Shown here piece by piece: positions 37,052-46,032 of a DNA stretch of 64,000 nucleotides (position 1 is the first letter of the stretch; the number at the start of each line of letters is the position of its first letter). The translations under genes and the position numbers were made by a program. A model generated the notes under the pieces. That model had not been told where the DNA came from. It saw only the letters and a list, made by a program, of their open reading frames with translations, and searched no databases. The stretch is from an uncultured Alphaproteobacteria bacterium (GTDB lineage: Bacteria; Pseudomonadota; Alphaproteobacteria; Micropepsales; Micropepsaceae), in the NCBI GenBank assembly GCA_963752395.1, contig CAVVXX010000011.1, forward strand, positions 728-64,727, written 5' to 3'.

Positions 37052-38149
37052 TCACGTATTGAAACGGAAGTGCATAACGTCGCCGTCTTGTACGACATAT
37101 TCTTTGCCTTCTAGGCGCATGCGTCCTGCATCGCGGGCGCCTGCTTCACCGTTCAACGCAACATATTCGTCATAAGCGATGGTTTCCGCGCGGATGAAAC
37201 CTTTCTCGAAATCAGTGTGGATGGCGCCCGCGGCTCGCGGCGCGCGGCTCCCCCGTTCCACTGTCCAGGCGCGCGCTTCTTTGGGACCGGCCGTGAAAAA
37301 CGTGACCAATCCCAGCAAGTCGTAACCGGTTCGGATGAGACGATTGAGGCCGGGCTCGGCAAGACCAAGATGCGCAAGATATTCCTTGCGCTCAGATTCC
37401 GGCAATTGTGCCAGCTCTTCTTCGATGCGCGCAGAAATGACGACGCAACCGGCATGTTCATGTTTGGCCTTTTCCATCACGCGCGCTGAAAATGCATTGC
37501 CAGTGCCCGCCGACGCTTCGTCAACGTTGCAGACATAGAGCACGGGTTTCGCCGTGAGCAATCCAAGTTGGCGATAGGGTTCGCGTTCTTCCGGAGTCAA
37601 TTTTGCCGCGCGCGCAGGTTTTCCGGCTTTCAAAAGATCAAGCGCCTTGGTCATCAAGGCAAATTGTTCTTTGGCTTCTTTTTCGCCACCTTTTGCTTTT
37701 TTCTCGGCTGCCTGTGCGCGCCGCTCAAGGCTTTCGAGATCGGCAAGCATCAACTCGGTCTCAACAGTCTCCGCGTCTGCCACCGGATCAATGCGAGACT
37801 CAACATGCGTAATGTCGTCATCCTCAAAACAGCGCAGGACATGAGCGATAGCGTCAACCTCGCGGATATTGGCGAGGAACTGGTTGCCAAGCCCTTCGCC
37901 CTTGGAAGCGCCGCGTACGAGCCCTGCGATGTCGACAAAGGAAATTCGTGTGGGAATGATTTCAGCCGATTTGGCGATGGCCGCGAGTTTGTCCAACCGC
38001 GCATCGGGCACAGCCACGTCGCCGACATTGGGTTCAATGGTGCAAAACGGATAATTGGCCGCTTGCGCAGCAGCCGTCTGCGTTAGCGCATTGAACAACG
38101 TGGATTTGCCGACATTGGGCAAGCCAACGATACCGCACTTGAAACCCAT
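37052..38149 (-). CDS. ychF: Redox-regulated ATPase YchF
   Basis: 365-aa ORF with MGFKCGIVGLPNVGKSTLFNALT, DIAGLVRGASKGEGLGNQFL and a C-terminal TGS-like domain ending VVQDGDVMHFRFN. Confidence 0.95.
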   Translation of the reverse strand: MGFKCGIVGLPNVGKSTLFNALTQTAAAQAANYPFCTIEPNVGDVAVPDARLDKLAAIAKSAEIIPTRISFVDIAGLVRGASKGEGLGNQFLANIREVDAIAHVLRCFEDDDITHVESRIDPVADAETVETELMLADLESLERRAQAAEKKAKGGEKEAKEQFALMTKALDLLKAGKPARAAKLTPEEREPYRQLGLLTAKPVLYVCNVDEASAGTGNAFSARVMEKAKHEHAGCVVISARIEEELAQLPESERKEYLAHLGLAEPGLNRLIRTGYDLLGLVTFFTAGPKEARAWTVERGSRAPRAAGAIHTDFEKGFIRAETIAYDEYVALNGEAGARDAGRMRLEGKEYVVQDGDVMHFRFNT

Positions 38150-38766
38150 TACTCGTCCTCGGTACTGGGTTTCGGCTTTTTCGCCGGTGGGTTCAGCGTA
38201 ATCGCGACTTTGTTCATGAAGCCTGCATCATCGTCTTTTGCCAGGTATGGCGCAGCTTCCGCGATGGCGGTCAGCAATGGCACCAGCCAATCTTCGTCGG
38301 CCTTGGAAAAATTCTGCAACACATGACCATGAACGCGTTGCTTCTCGCCCGGATGGCCGACGCCAATCCGCACGCGCCGGTAATCGGGGCCGATAGCCGA
38401 TGTAATGGATCGCAAGCCATTGTGTCCGGCATCGCCGCCGCCTTCTTTTGCCCGAAGCTTGGCGGCAGCAAGATCGATTTCGTCATGCATCACGACAATT
38501 GCCGACGAGGGTAATTTGAAGAAATGCGCAGCCGCCCCCACCGAAACGCCGCTTTCATTCATGAAGGTGCGTGGTTTCAGAAGATATGTTTTGCGCCGCG
38601 CAAGCTTGCCTTCGGAGAGTGCGCCCTGAAAACGCGAACGCCACGGCCCGAAATCATAACTGTCGTGGATCACGTCCACGGCCATGAAGCCCGCGTTGTG
38701 GCGATTGCGCGCGTAATCCGTGCCGGGATTGCCGAGCCCGGCGATGAGAAGCGGCTGATCCGGCAT
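38149..38766 (-). CDS. pth: Peptidyl-tRNA hydrolase
   Basis: 205-aa ORF with LIAGLGNPG..Y...RHNAGF, MNESG and HDEIDL motifs. Confidence 0.95.
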   Translation of the reverse strand: MPDQPLLIAGLGNPGTDYARNRHNAGFMAVDVIHDSYDFGPWRSRFQGALSEGKLARRKTYLLKPRTFMNESGVSVGAAAHFFKLPSSAIVVMHDEIDLAAAKLRAKEGGGDAGHNGLRSITSAIGPDYRRVRIGVGHPGEKQRVHGHVLQNFSKADEDWLVPLLTAIAEAAPYLAKDDDAGFMNKVAITLNPPAKKPKPSTEDE

Positions 38767-38781
38767 GGGCGATACGCCCCG

Positions 38782-39558
38782 CTATTTCTTCTCGGGCGCT
38801 TTGCCTTTGGCTGCAGGTGCGGCAGCAGCGCCGGCGGCAGGCTTTGCGCCCGCGGTAGGAGCGGCCGCTCCGACGGCGGCACCCGGTGTGGCGCCCGGCG
38901 CGGCAGCGGCTTCGCCTTCTGCAGGCGCGGCACCTTCGGCCGGCACTTCGCCTTCTGCGGGCACAGCAGCTGCAACAACCTCTTCCACATACGTCGTCGG
39001 CGGCGCGACAGTGGCAACCGTGAAGTCGCGGCCACTGATCACTGGCTTCACGCCGGGGGGCAGCTTGAATTTCGAGATATGAATGCTGTCGCCGATATCC
39101 ATGCCCTCAAGATCACCCTCGATATATTCCGGAATGGTGTCTACCGGGCAATAGAGCTCGACCTCGTGACGGACGATGTTGAGCACGCCGCCGCGTTTGA
39201 TGCCGGGCGAATTTTCCTGGCCCTTAAAACGCACGGCCACCGCGATAGCGACGCGCGCGCCTTCTTCCAACCGCATGAAATCGACATGGATCGGGCGGTC
39301 CGTCACCGGGTCGACCTGAATCTGGCGCGGGAGCACACGCAGCTTCTTACCGCCGACTTCGAGCATGACGAGCGTCGAATGCAGCCGGCCACTGGCATAG
39401 AGTTTTTCGAAACTGCGCAGCTCCACCTGAAGCGTTTCCGGCTCACCCTTGCCACCATAGAGAATGCTGGGGATGAACCCCTTCAGCCGGAGCTGGTAGG
39501 CGGGGCCTTTGCCCTTTTTCTCACGCGGCTCGGCGCGCAGTTCCTGCATGGCACTCAT
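38782..39558 (-). CDS. rplY: 50S ribosomal protein L25 / general stress protein Ctc with an Ala/Pro/Glu-rich tail
   Basis: The ATG at 39558 lies inside ORF 38782-39645. The sequence includes LRAEPREKKGKGPAYQLRLKGFIPSILYGG and QVDPVTDRPIHVDFMRL, with a low-complexity C-terminus. Confidence 0.9.
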   Translation of the reverse strand: MSAMQELRAEPREKKGKGPAYQLRLKGFIPSILYGGKGEPETLQVELRSFEKLYASGRLHSTLVMLEVGGKKLRVLPRQIQVDPVTDRPIHVDFMRLEEGARVAIAVAVRFKGQENSPGIKRGGVLNIVRHEVELYCPVDTIPEYIEGDLEGMDIGDSIHISKFKLPPGVKPVISGRDFTVATVAPPTTYVEEVVAAAVPAEGEVPAEGAAPAEGEAAAAPGATPGAAVGAAAPTAGAKPAAGAAAAPAAKGKAPEKK

Positions 39559-39725
39559 GGGGTAGTCCTTCGGAATTTCAAGGGTTTTCGGGGCCGCTGC
39601 GCCCGGAAAGCGGTGGCTTTTAGCCGATGGCGGATGGCATGGCAACCGGCCAAAGGTCTACCCTACTGCCAGCCAGAAATGAATGAGCGCACCCGGAGGC
39701 CGGGTGTGGAATAGGGGAGAGGATC

Positions 39726-40310
39726 ATGAAGCGCATCATCGCGGTAGCGGCTGCGGCTTGTGTCGTCTTCGGCTGCGGCGTGGCAATGGCCAAGGGCACC
39801 TCTGCATTGCCCAAGAATTGGAAACTGAATTCCGAGGCGGATGTGCCGAAGAATTTTCTGACGGGTGGGGATGCCTGCACCAAAGTGACCGCCATCGTGC
39901 GCAATCTCGACCAGCCATATTCCGAACCCCTGGAACGCAACAAGCCAGACATGTCGAGGCGTGAAAGAATGAGCGGCGGCGGTCAGTACGGCGATCCAAA
40001 GGATCTGAAGAACTGGGTCGAATTCCGCGTGCGCGAGACCTGCGGCAACAAGAAACTATGGGCGCAAATCTGGGCGAAAACGGGTTTGAGCGGCAATTAT
40101 TCTTTTGCCGTGAACAGGAAATGCGCGGGCTGGACAATGAAACAGAATTACTTGACGCCTATGCTGGCGAATGCCCCCGCGGGGGCAAGCACATATCTGT
40201 ATCTGGACGCATACAATTATCCGCCTACGCCGAAATCTATAGAAGTGCGCTTATGGGACGCGAAGGATTTCGAAGGCCAAGCCAGGGGATCTGGAACCTG
40301 TCCGAAATAG
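39726..40310 (+). CDS. Hypothetical exported protein (194 aa, signal peptide or possible lipobox VFGC, 6 Cys)
   Basis: The ATG is preceded by GGAGAGGA. The N-terminus is MKRIIAVAAAACVVFGCGVAMAKG. No family is recognised, and GC is slightly lower than in its neighbours by eye. Confidence 0.55.
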   Translation: MKRIIAVAAAACVVFGCGVAMAKGTSALPKNWKLNSEADVPKNFLTGGDACTKVTAIVRNLDQPYSEPLERNKPDMSRRERMSGGGQYGDPKDLKNWVEFRVRETCGNKKLWAQIWAKTGLSGNYSFAVNRKCAGWTMKQNYLTPMLANAPAGASTYLYLDAYNYPPTPKSIEVRLWDAKDFEGQARGSGTCPK

Positions 40311-40313
40311 GCA

Positions 40314-41246
40314 TCAGTCGAACAGGCTGGACACTGACTCTTCCTGGCTGATGCGGTGAATGGCCTCGCCGATCAAAGGCGCGATGGTGATGCGCCTGAT
40401 GTTCGGGCATTTGCGAATTTCTTCCGTCGCATCGATCGAATCCGTGGTTACTAGAGATTTCAATTTGGAGTCGCGAATGCGCGCAACCGCACCTCCCGAC
40501 AACACGCCATGCGTGGCGTAGGCATAGACTTCTTTCGCACCTTCCTTGATCGCCGCTTCGGCCGCATTGCAGATTGTGCCGCCTGAATCGACAATGTCGT
40601 CGATTAAGAGGCAGGTGCGCCCCTTCACTTCGCCGATAATATTCATGACTTCTGATTGGCCCGCGCGCTCGCGCCGCTTGTCGACAATGGCCAGATCGGC
40701 GCCCAAGCGCTTGGCCAAAGCGCGCGCGCGCACCACGCCACCCACATCCGGCGAGATCACCATCAGATTGTCGCTGTTGAGATAATCCTTGATGTCTTGC
40801 GCCATCGCCGGCTCGGCATAAAGATTGTCGGCGGGAATATCGAAGAAGCCCTGAATCTGCCCGGCATGAAGATCCACTGTGAGCACGCGGTTGGCGCCCG
40901 CGCCCGCGATCAGGTTCGCCACCAGCTTGGCCGAGATGGGCGTGCGCGGGCCTACTTTGCGGTCCTGACGCGCATAACCGAAATAGGGCATCACCGCCGT
41001 AATGCGCCGGGCACTCGCACGCTTGAGTGCGTCGATGATGACGAGGAGCTCCATCAGATTGTCGTTGGCGGGGAAACTGGTCGATTGAATGACGAACATG
41101 TCCTCGCCGCGCACGTTTTCCTGGATTTCGACAAAGACCTCCATGTCGGCGAAGCGGCGCACCACCGCCTTGGTGAAAGGCAGCTTGAGATATTGGGCAA
41201 TCGCCTCGGCGAGCGGACGATTGCTGTTCCCGGCTAAAAGCTTCAT
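40314..41246 (-). CDS. prs: Ribose-phosphate pyrophosphokinase
   Basis: The internal ATG at 41246 of ORF 40314-41312 starts [20 protein letters not shown]. The sequence contains [10 protein letters not shown] and [12 protein letters not shown] motifs. Confidence 0.95.
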   Translation of the reverse strand: MKLLAGNSNRPLAEAIAQYLKLPFTKAVVRRFADMEVFVEIQENVRGEDMFVIQSTSFPANDNLMELLVIIDALKRASARRITAVMPYFGYARQDRKVGPRTPISAKLVANLIAGAGANRVLTVDLHAGQIQGFFDIPADNLYAEPAMAQDIKDYLNSDNLMVISPDVGGVVRARALAKRLGADLAIVDKRRERAGQSEVMNIIGEVKGRTCLLIDDIVDSGGTICNAAEAAIKEGAKEVYAYATHGVLSGGAVARIRDSKLKSLVTTDSIDATEEIRKCPNIRRITIAPLIGEAIHRISQEESVSSLFD

Positions 41247-41360
41247 GCGCTGCCCCGTGCGCGAAACCGTTGTAACGGTTCCATGAGTCTGCCGATCTTC
41301 TAGCAAGCGCACATCAAGCGGTAAACCTGCGGATGGGTGCGAATCACAGGGCAGTTTCCA

Positions 41361-42137
41361 TTATGCCAACAGCATGATCGCGGAAAGCTGGTGGCCGAAA
41401 TCGGTTTCCTTGCGATGTGTCGCACGGCGGTAGCTGAAGAAATCAGCCCCGCGTGTGTAGGTGCAGGCTCTGAGCGGTTCGATTGAGCACACTCCAGCGC
41501 GCGCGAGACGTCTGGCCACATAGGTCTCAAGATCGAACTGCCAGTGACCATCGCGCGGGGAGGGCACGAAGAAGCGCGTATTTTCGGGATCGGCTTCGCG
41601 AAAGCGTGCGATGAATTCCGGCCCCACTTCATAGGCGGCTTGGCTGATGCAGGGACCGATGGCGGCACAAATATTCGCGGGCTTTGATCCAAGCGTAATC
41701 ATAGCTGCAACGGTTGCTTCCAGCACGCCACCAAGCGCGCCTTTCCATCCGGCATGCGCGGCGCCAATGATGCGCTTGCTGTTGTCGGCAAAAAGCACCG
41801 GCGCGCAATCCGCTGTAACGATGCCGATGGCGAACCCGTCCCGATCCGTGACCATGCCGTCGGCCCGTGGACGCGCTGCAGGTTCCCAGGCTTCACGCAC
41901 GGTCACGACATCCGGCGTATGCGCCTGGTAGAGCGAAAGCAGTTTTGCTTTGGCTTTGCCCGCAAATACTTCCAGCGCCCGGCGGCGGTTTTCGACAATC
42001 GCTTCGGGCAAATCCCGCGTGCTCAAAGCGCAATTGAGCGAATCATAGACGCCCTTGGAAACACCACCTGCCCGCCCGAAGAAGCCGTGCGCCACGCCAT
42101 GAACAGAAGAAAGATTGCTTGAGTGCAGTGTCAGCAT
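41361..42137 (-). CDS. pgeF: Peptidoglycan editing factor PgeF (YfiH / laccase-domain family)
   Basis: 258-aa ORF with GVAHGFFGR.GGVS, TADCAPVLF and AHAGWKGALGGV motifs. Confidence 0.85.
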   Translation of the reverse strand: MLTLHSSNLSSVHGVAHGFFGRAGGVSKGVYDSLNCALSTRDLPEAIVENRRRALEVFAGKAKAKLLSLYQAHTPDVVTVREAWEPAARPRADGMVTDRDGFAIGIVTADCAPVLFADNSKRIIGAAHAGWKGALGGVLEATVAAMITLGSKPANICAAIGPCISQAAYEVGPEFIARFREADPENTRFFVPSPRDGHWQFDLETYVARRLARAGVCSIEPLRACTYTRGADFFSYRRATHRKETDFGHQLSAIMLLA

Positions 42138-43216
42138 GGAAAGCCCGGCAATGCGGGCGAACCAGGTTTGGCCAGCGCCATCACTTTGAACAGTGTTCCC
42201 ATCTGATCGCGATTGATCAGCCGTTCGATGGCGGACGTGATGTCGGTCCGGGTTGTGGCATCGGCTTTGCGCTTGAGCACATCCGCGCGCACGCGAACGC
42301 CGAGTGTTTCAAGAAATGCGGCTTGCGATACGGGGCCGAAAACTTTTACTTTCGCGTCCGCTGCGGCGCGTGCAAGCGCCTCGAAATCGACATGCGCGGT
42401 CAGGTCGGCATTGCCCGGTTCGGCGAGAGGATCGGTGAAATGATGCGCCTTCATAGCCTGGAAAGTATCGCCGAGCCCTGATTTCTCATGGCCATAATCG
42501 ATAAACAATGCAGCGCCTTCCGATTTACCAACGCGCGAAGCGATCATGCCAATAATTTTCCCTGCTTCCATCGAAACTTCGAAAATCGAATCCTTTGCCG
42601 CGTTCCGCAATCCGCCCGGGATAGGAAGATCCGCCGCAGCATTCTCGCTTATCGTGAACGCGAGCTTCGCGCTCTCGACGGCTATAAGCCGTTCGCACCA
42701 ACCACGATCCGCCTTCACATATTGGTGGATGGGCAAGGCGTCAAAAAATTCATTGGCGACCAAGAACAACGGCGCGTCGCCTGCGATCTCATCGAGACTG
42801 GTTGCCCAGACGATGGGCAGCATTTCCAGTTGCAATGTCCGTTGCTGGATTTCGCGCAAGGTGGGGCTAGTTTCGACAAGAGTGAGTTGGGCTGCTTCGA
42901 GAAAGGCCGGCCGCACTTTGACCGCGCGTAACATGTCGGCCATCAGCGTGCCGCGCCCAGGGCCAAGCTCGACGAAATGAAAGCGTTTGGGCCGCCCGCG
43001 GTCTTCCCATGCCTGCACGAACCACAGGCCGATCAGCTCACCGAAAATCTGACTTACTTCCGGCGCGGTAATGAAGTCGCCCTTCTCGCCGAATGGGTCG
43101 CCCTTCATGTAATAGCCACGCTCGGGATCGTAGAGTGCCATCTGCATGTATTGGGCAAGCGTAATGGGACCGTCGCTCGCAATGCGGCGTAGAATTTTTT
43201 CTTTCAGCGCGCTCAC
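42131..43216 (-). CDS. SAM-dependent methyltransferase, MidA/NDUFAF7 (DUF185) family
   Basis: A GTG start at 43216 overlaps the lgt stop as GTGA (the ORF track extends to 43312). The sequence contains GDFITAPEVSQIFGELIGLW and ELGPGRGTLMAD. Confidence 0.8.
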   Translation of the reverse strand: MSALKEKILRRIASDGPITLAQYMQMALYDPERGYYMKGDPFGEKGDFITAPEVSQIFGELIGLWFVQAWEDRGRPKRFHFVELGPGRGTLMADMLRAVKVRPAFLEAAQLTLVETSPTLREIQQRTLQLEMLPIVWATSLDEIAGDAPLFLVANEFFDALPIHQYVKADRGWCERLIAVESAKLAFTISENAAADLPIPGGLRNAAKDSIFEVSMEAGKIIGMIASRVGKSEGAALFIDYGHEKSGLGDTFQAMKAHHFTDPLAEPGNADLTAHVDFEALARAAADAKVKVFGPVSQAAFLETLGVRVRADVLKRKADATTRTDITSAIERLINRDQMGTLFKVMALAKPGSPALPGFPC

Positions 43217-44097
43217 GGCGCCTTTTTTGCGGCCTGACGGTAGGCGTACCAGAAGAAGAACGCGGCAGCCGCCCACATCGGCAGGCTCAATAATTGTCCC
43301 ATGCTGAACCAATCATAAAGTTTCGATTCCGAGTCACGGAAAAATTCGACGATAAAGCGAAACGCACCATAGCCCGTAAGAAACCACGCCACGACGAGGC
43401 CGGGCCGGCGATGAATTTGCCAGCGATGCATGGCAAAGCGGAGAATGAAGAACAGCAGCAGCCCTTCGAGCGCCGCTTCGTAAAGTTGGCTTGGATGTCG
43501 AGGCAGGCCTGGCGGTAATGCGCTAGGAAACACCATAGCCCAGGGAACGTCGCTAATTTTGCCCCACAGTTCGCCATTGATGAAATTGGCGATACGACCA
43601 AAGAAGAGGCCGATTGGTGTCGCCGCCGCAGCGAGGTCGCCGATAGACATCAGGCTTAATCTGTATTTGCGACAGAACAGAACGATCGCCAGCACCACGC
43701 CAGCGAGCCCACCATGGAAGGACATGCCGCCTTCCCACGCAGCAATGATTTTGATCGGATTTTCGAGATAGGCTTGCGGCAGACCGGCGCAAGCGGGGCC
43801 GTTCCAGAAACCGCAATAGAGCGTACCGTAGAACAGCACGAAGCCTAGCCGCCCGCCCAGGATGACGCCTAGCGCGATCCAGACGAGGAGGTCGCTGATC
43901 TGTTCCCGGTTGGCAGGTGGCTTGCCCTTGAACGGCGGTCCCACCCATAGCCGCCGGTCTTCGACCAGCCGCGCCGCATACCACCAGCCGAGCAACAGCC
44001 CGGCGATATAGGCCAGTGCATACCAGCGTATGGATAACGGTCCGATATGGATAAGAACCGGATCGATGCGGGGAAAGGGCAGAACGGCCTGGTACAT
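43213..44097 (-). CDS. lgt: Prolipoprotein diacylglyceryl transferase
   Basis: The internal ATG of ORF 43213-44181 starts MYQAVLPFPRIDPVLIHIGPLSIRWYALAYIAG. The sequence contains GGRLGFVLFY, GGMSFHGGLAG, FGRIANFINGELWG and RHPSQLYEA. The start may instead be at 44136. Confidence 0.9.
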   Translation of the reverse strand: MYQAVLPFPRIDPVLIHIGPLSIRWYALAYIAGLLLGWWYAARLVEDRRLWVGPPFKGKPPANREQISDLLVWIALGVILGGRLGFVLFYGTLYCGFWNGPACAGLPQAYLENPIKIIAAWEGGMSFHGGLAGVVLAIVLFCRKYRLSLMSIGDLAAAATPIGLFFGRIANFINGELWGKISDVPWAMVFPSALPPGLPRHPSQLYEAALEGLLLFFILRFAMHRWQIHRRPGLVVAWFLTGYGAFRFIVEFFRDSESKLYDWFSMGQLLSLPMWAAAAFFFWYAYRQAAKKAP

Positions 44098-44213
44098 GCG
44101 TAATGCGTTGCCGGGCAAGGGTACGCTGTCAAGCATAACAGAGGCGCGGTTTAGGTTTATGCCCGATCCTTGCTTGTGCAATGCTGGCGGCGTGGCACAA
44201 AAGGCAAGGGAAT

Positions 44214-44516
44214 ATGCAAACCGACAATCGCGTACTCGACAGTTTGGCGCGCTTACTCACGGACGCGGCGGGTGCCGCAAAGAGCCTCAGGAGCGAGATG
44301 GAGGCCATGGTCAAGCAGAGGCTCGATCGCCTGGCCTCCGACCTCGATCTGGTGGCGCGCGAGGAGTTCGAGGTGGTGAAGGCGATGGCGGCGAAGGCGC
44401 GGGCCGAAAACGAGCGATTGAAGGCGCGGCTTGCTTCGCTGGAGGCGAAATTGGGAGTCAAATCAACGGCAAAGACTCCAAAGCGCAAGTCTTCGGCGAG
44501 GACTCGAAAGCTGTGA
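44214..44516 (+). CDS. ubiK: UbiK/YqiC (BMFP) family accessory factor
   Basis: The ATG at 44214 follows AAGGG. NRVLDSLARLLTDAAGAAKSLRSEMEAMVKQRLDRLASDLDLVAREEFEVVKAMAAKARAENERL is the typical coiled-coil sequence of this family. Confidence 0.7.
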   Translation: MQTDNRVLDSLARLLTDAAGAAKSLRSEMEAMVKQRLDRLASDLDLVAREEFEVVKAMAAKARAENERLKARLASLEAKLGVKSTAKTPKRKSSARTRKL

Positions 44517-44688
44517 ATGGACGGTGGTGGTTAACAAGGGCACGGGGTGCGGACTTGTGTGACCACAAAATCTTGTGCCAGTTTGGCCGCAAGTGCTTCG
44601 CGCTTCGGGGGAAATCCGTGGCCGCCTTTGCCGCCCGGCTGTTGCCAGTGAGTAGGCCGGGATCTGCAACCCAGAGGATTATCGCCGC

Positions 44689-45189
44689 ATGAGTATCCAG
44701 TTAAACGAAGAAGTCGTCCCGCTTGCCCATCCGCTCGACATGCTGGAACAGGCGGTCGAGGACAATGGCTGGCCGTTCGAGCGCTCGGCGCGCGATGAGC
44801 TCAACCTCTCAGTGGCCGGGAAGTGGTGCGATTATCATTTCTGCTTCAATTGGCGCGAGGATCTGCAATCGCTGCATTTGTCGGTGAGCTTCGACATGCG
44901 CGTGGCGGGCGAGCGCCGCCCCGCTGTGGCGGACCTGTTGATGATGGTGAACGCGCAGCTGTGGCTCGGCCATTTTGATTTGTGGGCCGAGGACGGCGCG
45001 GTGCTGTTCCGCCATGCGCTGATCTTTCCGGATTCTCATGTCAGCGCCGCGCAGTGCGAAGCGTTGCTCCATCTCGCAGTCGAGTCCTGCGAACATTATT
45101 ATCCCGCCTTCCAGTTCGTTTTGTGGGGCGGCAAGTCGGCGCGCGAGGCTATGGCCGCGGCCGTTCTGGAATGCGCGGGCCAAGCCTGA
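44689..45189 (+). CDS. YbjN domain protein
   Basis: 166-aa ORF. The sequences PLDMLEQAVEDNGWPFERSARDELNLSVAGKWCDYHFCFNWRED and HFDLWAEDGAVLFRHALIF match the alphaproteobacterial YbjN-like family that usually precedes proC. Confidence 0.65.
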   Translation: MSIQLNEEVVPLAHPLDMLEQAVEDNGWPFERSARDELNLSVAGKWCDYHFCFNWREDLQSLHLSVSFDMRVAGERRPAVADLLMMVNAQLWLGHFDLWAEDGAVLFRHALIFPDSHVSAAQCEALLHLAVESCEHYYPAFQFVLWGGKSAREAMAAAVLECAGQA

Positions 45190-45193
45190 GCGC

Positions 45194-46032
45194 GTGGTGA
45201 AGGCTAGCAAGGCGAAACCAGTCCCAAAGAATGCGGTGCTTTTGCTGGGTGCCGGCCGCATGGGCGGCGCACTGTTGCAGGGCTGGATTGCCTCGCGGCG
45301 TTATTCTTCCATCTATGTCGTCGAGCCTAACCCGGCGCCAGCGATTGCTGGATTTGCCGCGCGAAAGAAGATCACGCTGGCCAAGACGTTCGATCCGAAG
45401 GTGCGCCCGCGCGCCATTGTGATTGCGCTTAAGCCGCAAATAATAAAAAGCGAAACCGCGTTGCTGAATGATCTGGGAAAAACGAGCGCGCTTATTGTTT
45501 CCATTGCTGCGGGCATCACCACAAAATTCTTACGTCACGCGCTTGGGCCAGACGGCGCCATCGTGCGCACCGTACCCAACACGCCTGGCGCCATCGGGCG
45601 CGGCATCACGGCTCTTTATGCGCCGCCTGGCACGACAAAGGCCGACCGCGTGTTTGCCGAAGCGTTGATGGTGCCGCTCGGCGAAACGCTGTGGTTCGAT
45701 AGTGAAGCCGCCATGGATGCGGTGACGGCGCTCTCCGGTTCGGGACCTGCCTATGTGTTCTTTCTGGTCGAGGCGCTGGCGCGTGCCGGCATTGCGCAGG
45801 GCTGGCGCCCGCGGTCGCTATGCTGCTGGCGCGAGCGACGATAACGGGTGCGGGTGCGCTGCTGACCGCCGATCCGCGTCCGGCCGAAGAATTGCGCCGG
45901 GACGTAACCAGCCCGGCCGGTACCACAGAAGCGGCGCTGAAAGTGCTGATGGATAAGGATGGTCTTGAAGGACTGATGATGCGCGCGGTTGCGGCGGCCG
46001 CCAAACGCAGCAAGGAACTTGGTGGCAGCTAG
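45194..46032 (+). pseudogene. proC: Pyrroline-5-carboxylate reductase, frameshifted
   Basis: From GTG at 45194 the sequence reads LLLGAGRMGGALLQGWI...TVPNTPGAIGRG...SGSGPAYVFFLVEALARAGIAQG. The frame then switches to APAVAMLLARATITGAGALL...TSPAGTTEAAL (ORF 45820-46032). One missing base at about 45803-45806 (CAGGGC-TGGCG) explains the switch. Confidence 0.85.

Noticed and set aside
44517-44688. A possible structured RNA or riboswitch between ubiK and the ybjN-like gene.
   Set aside because: I found only short 5-bp stems, no resemblance to any riboswitch class I know, and no terminator.
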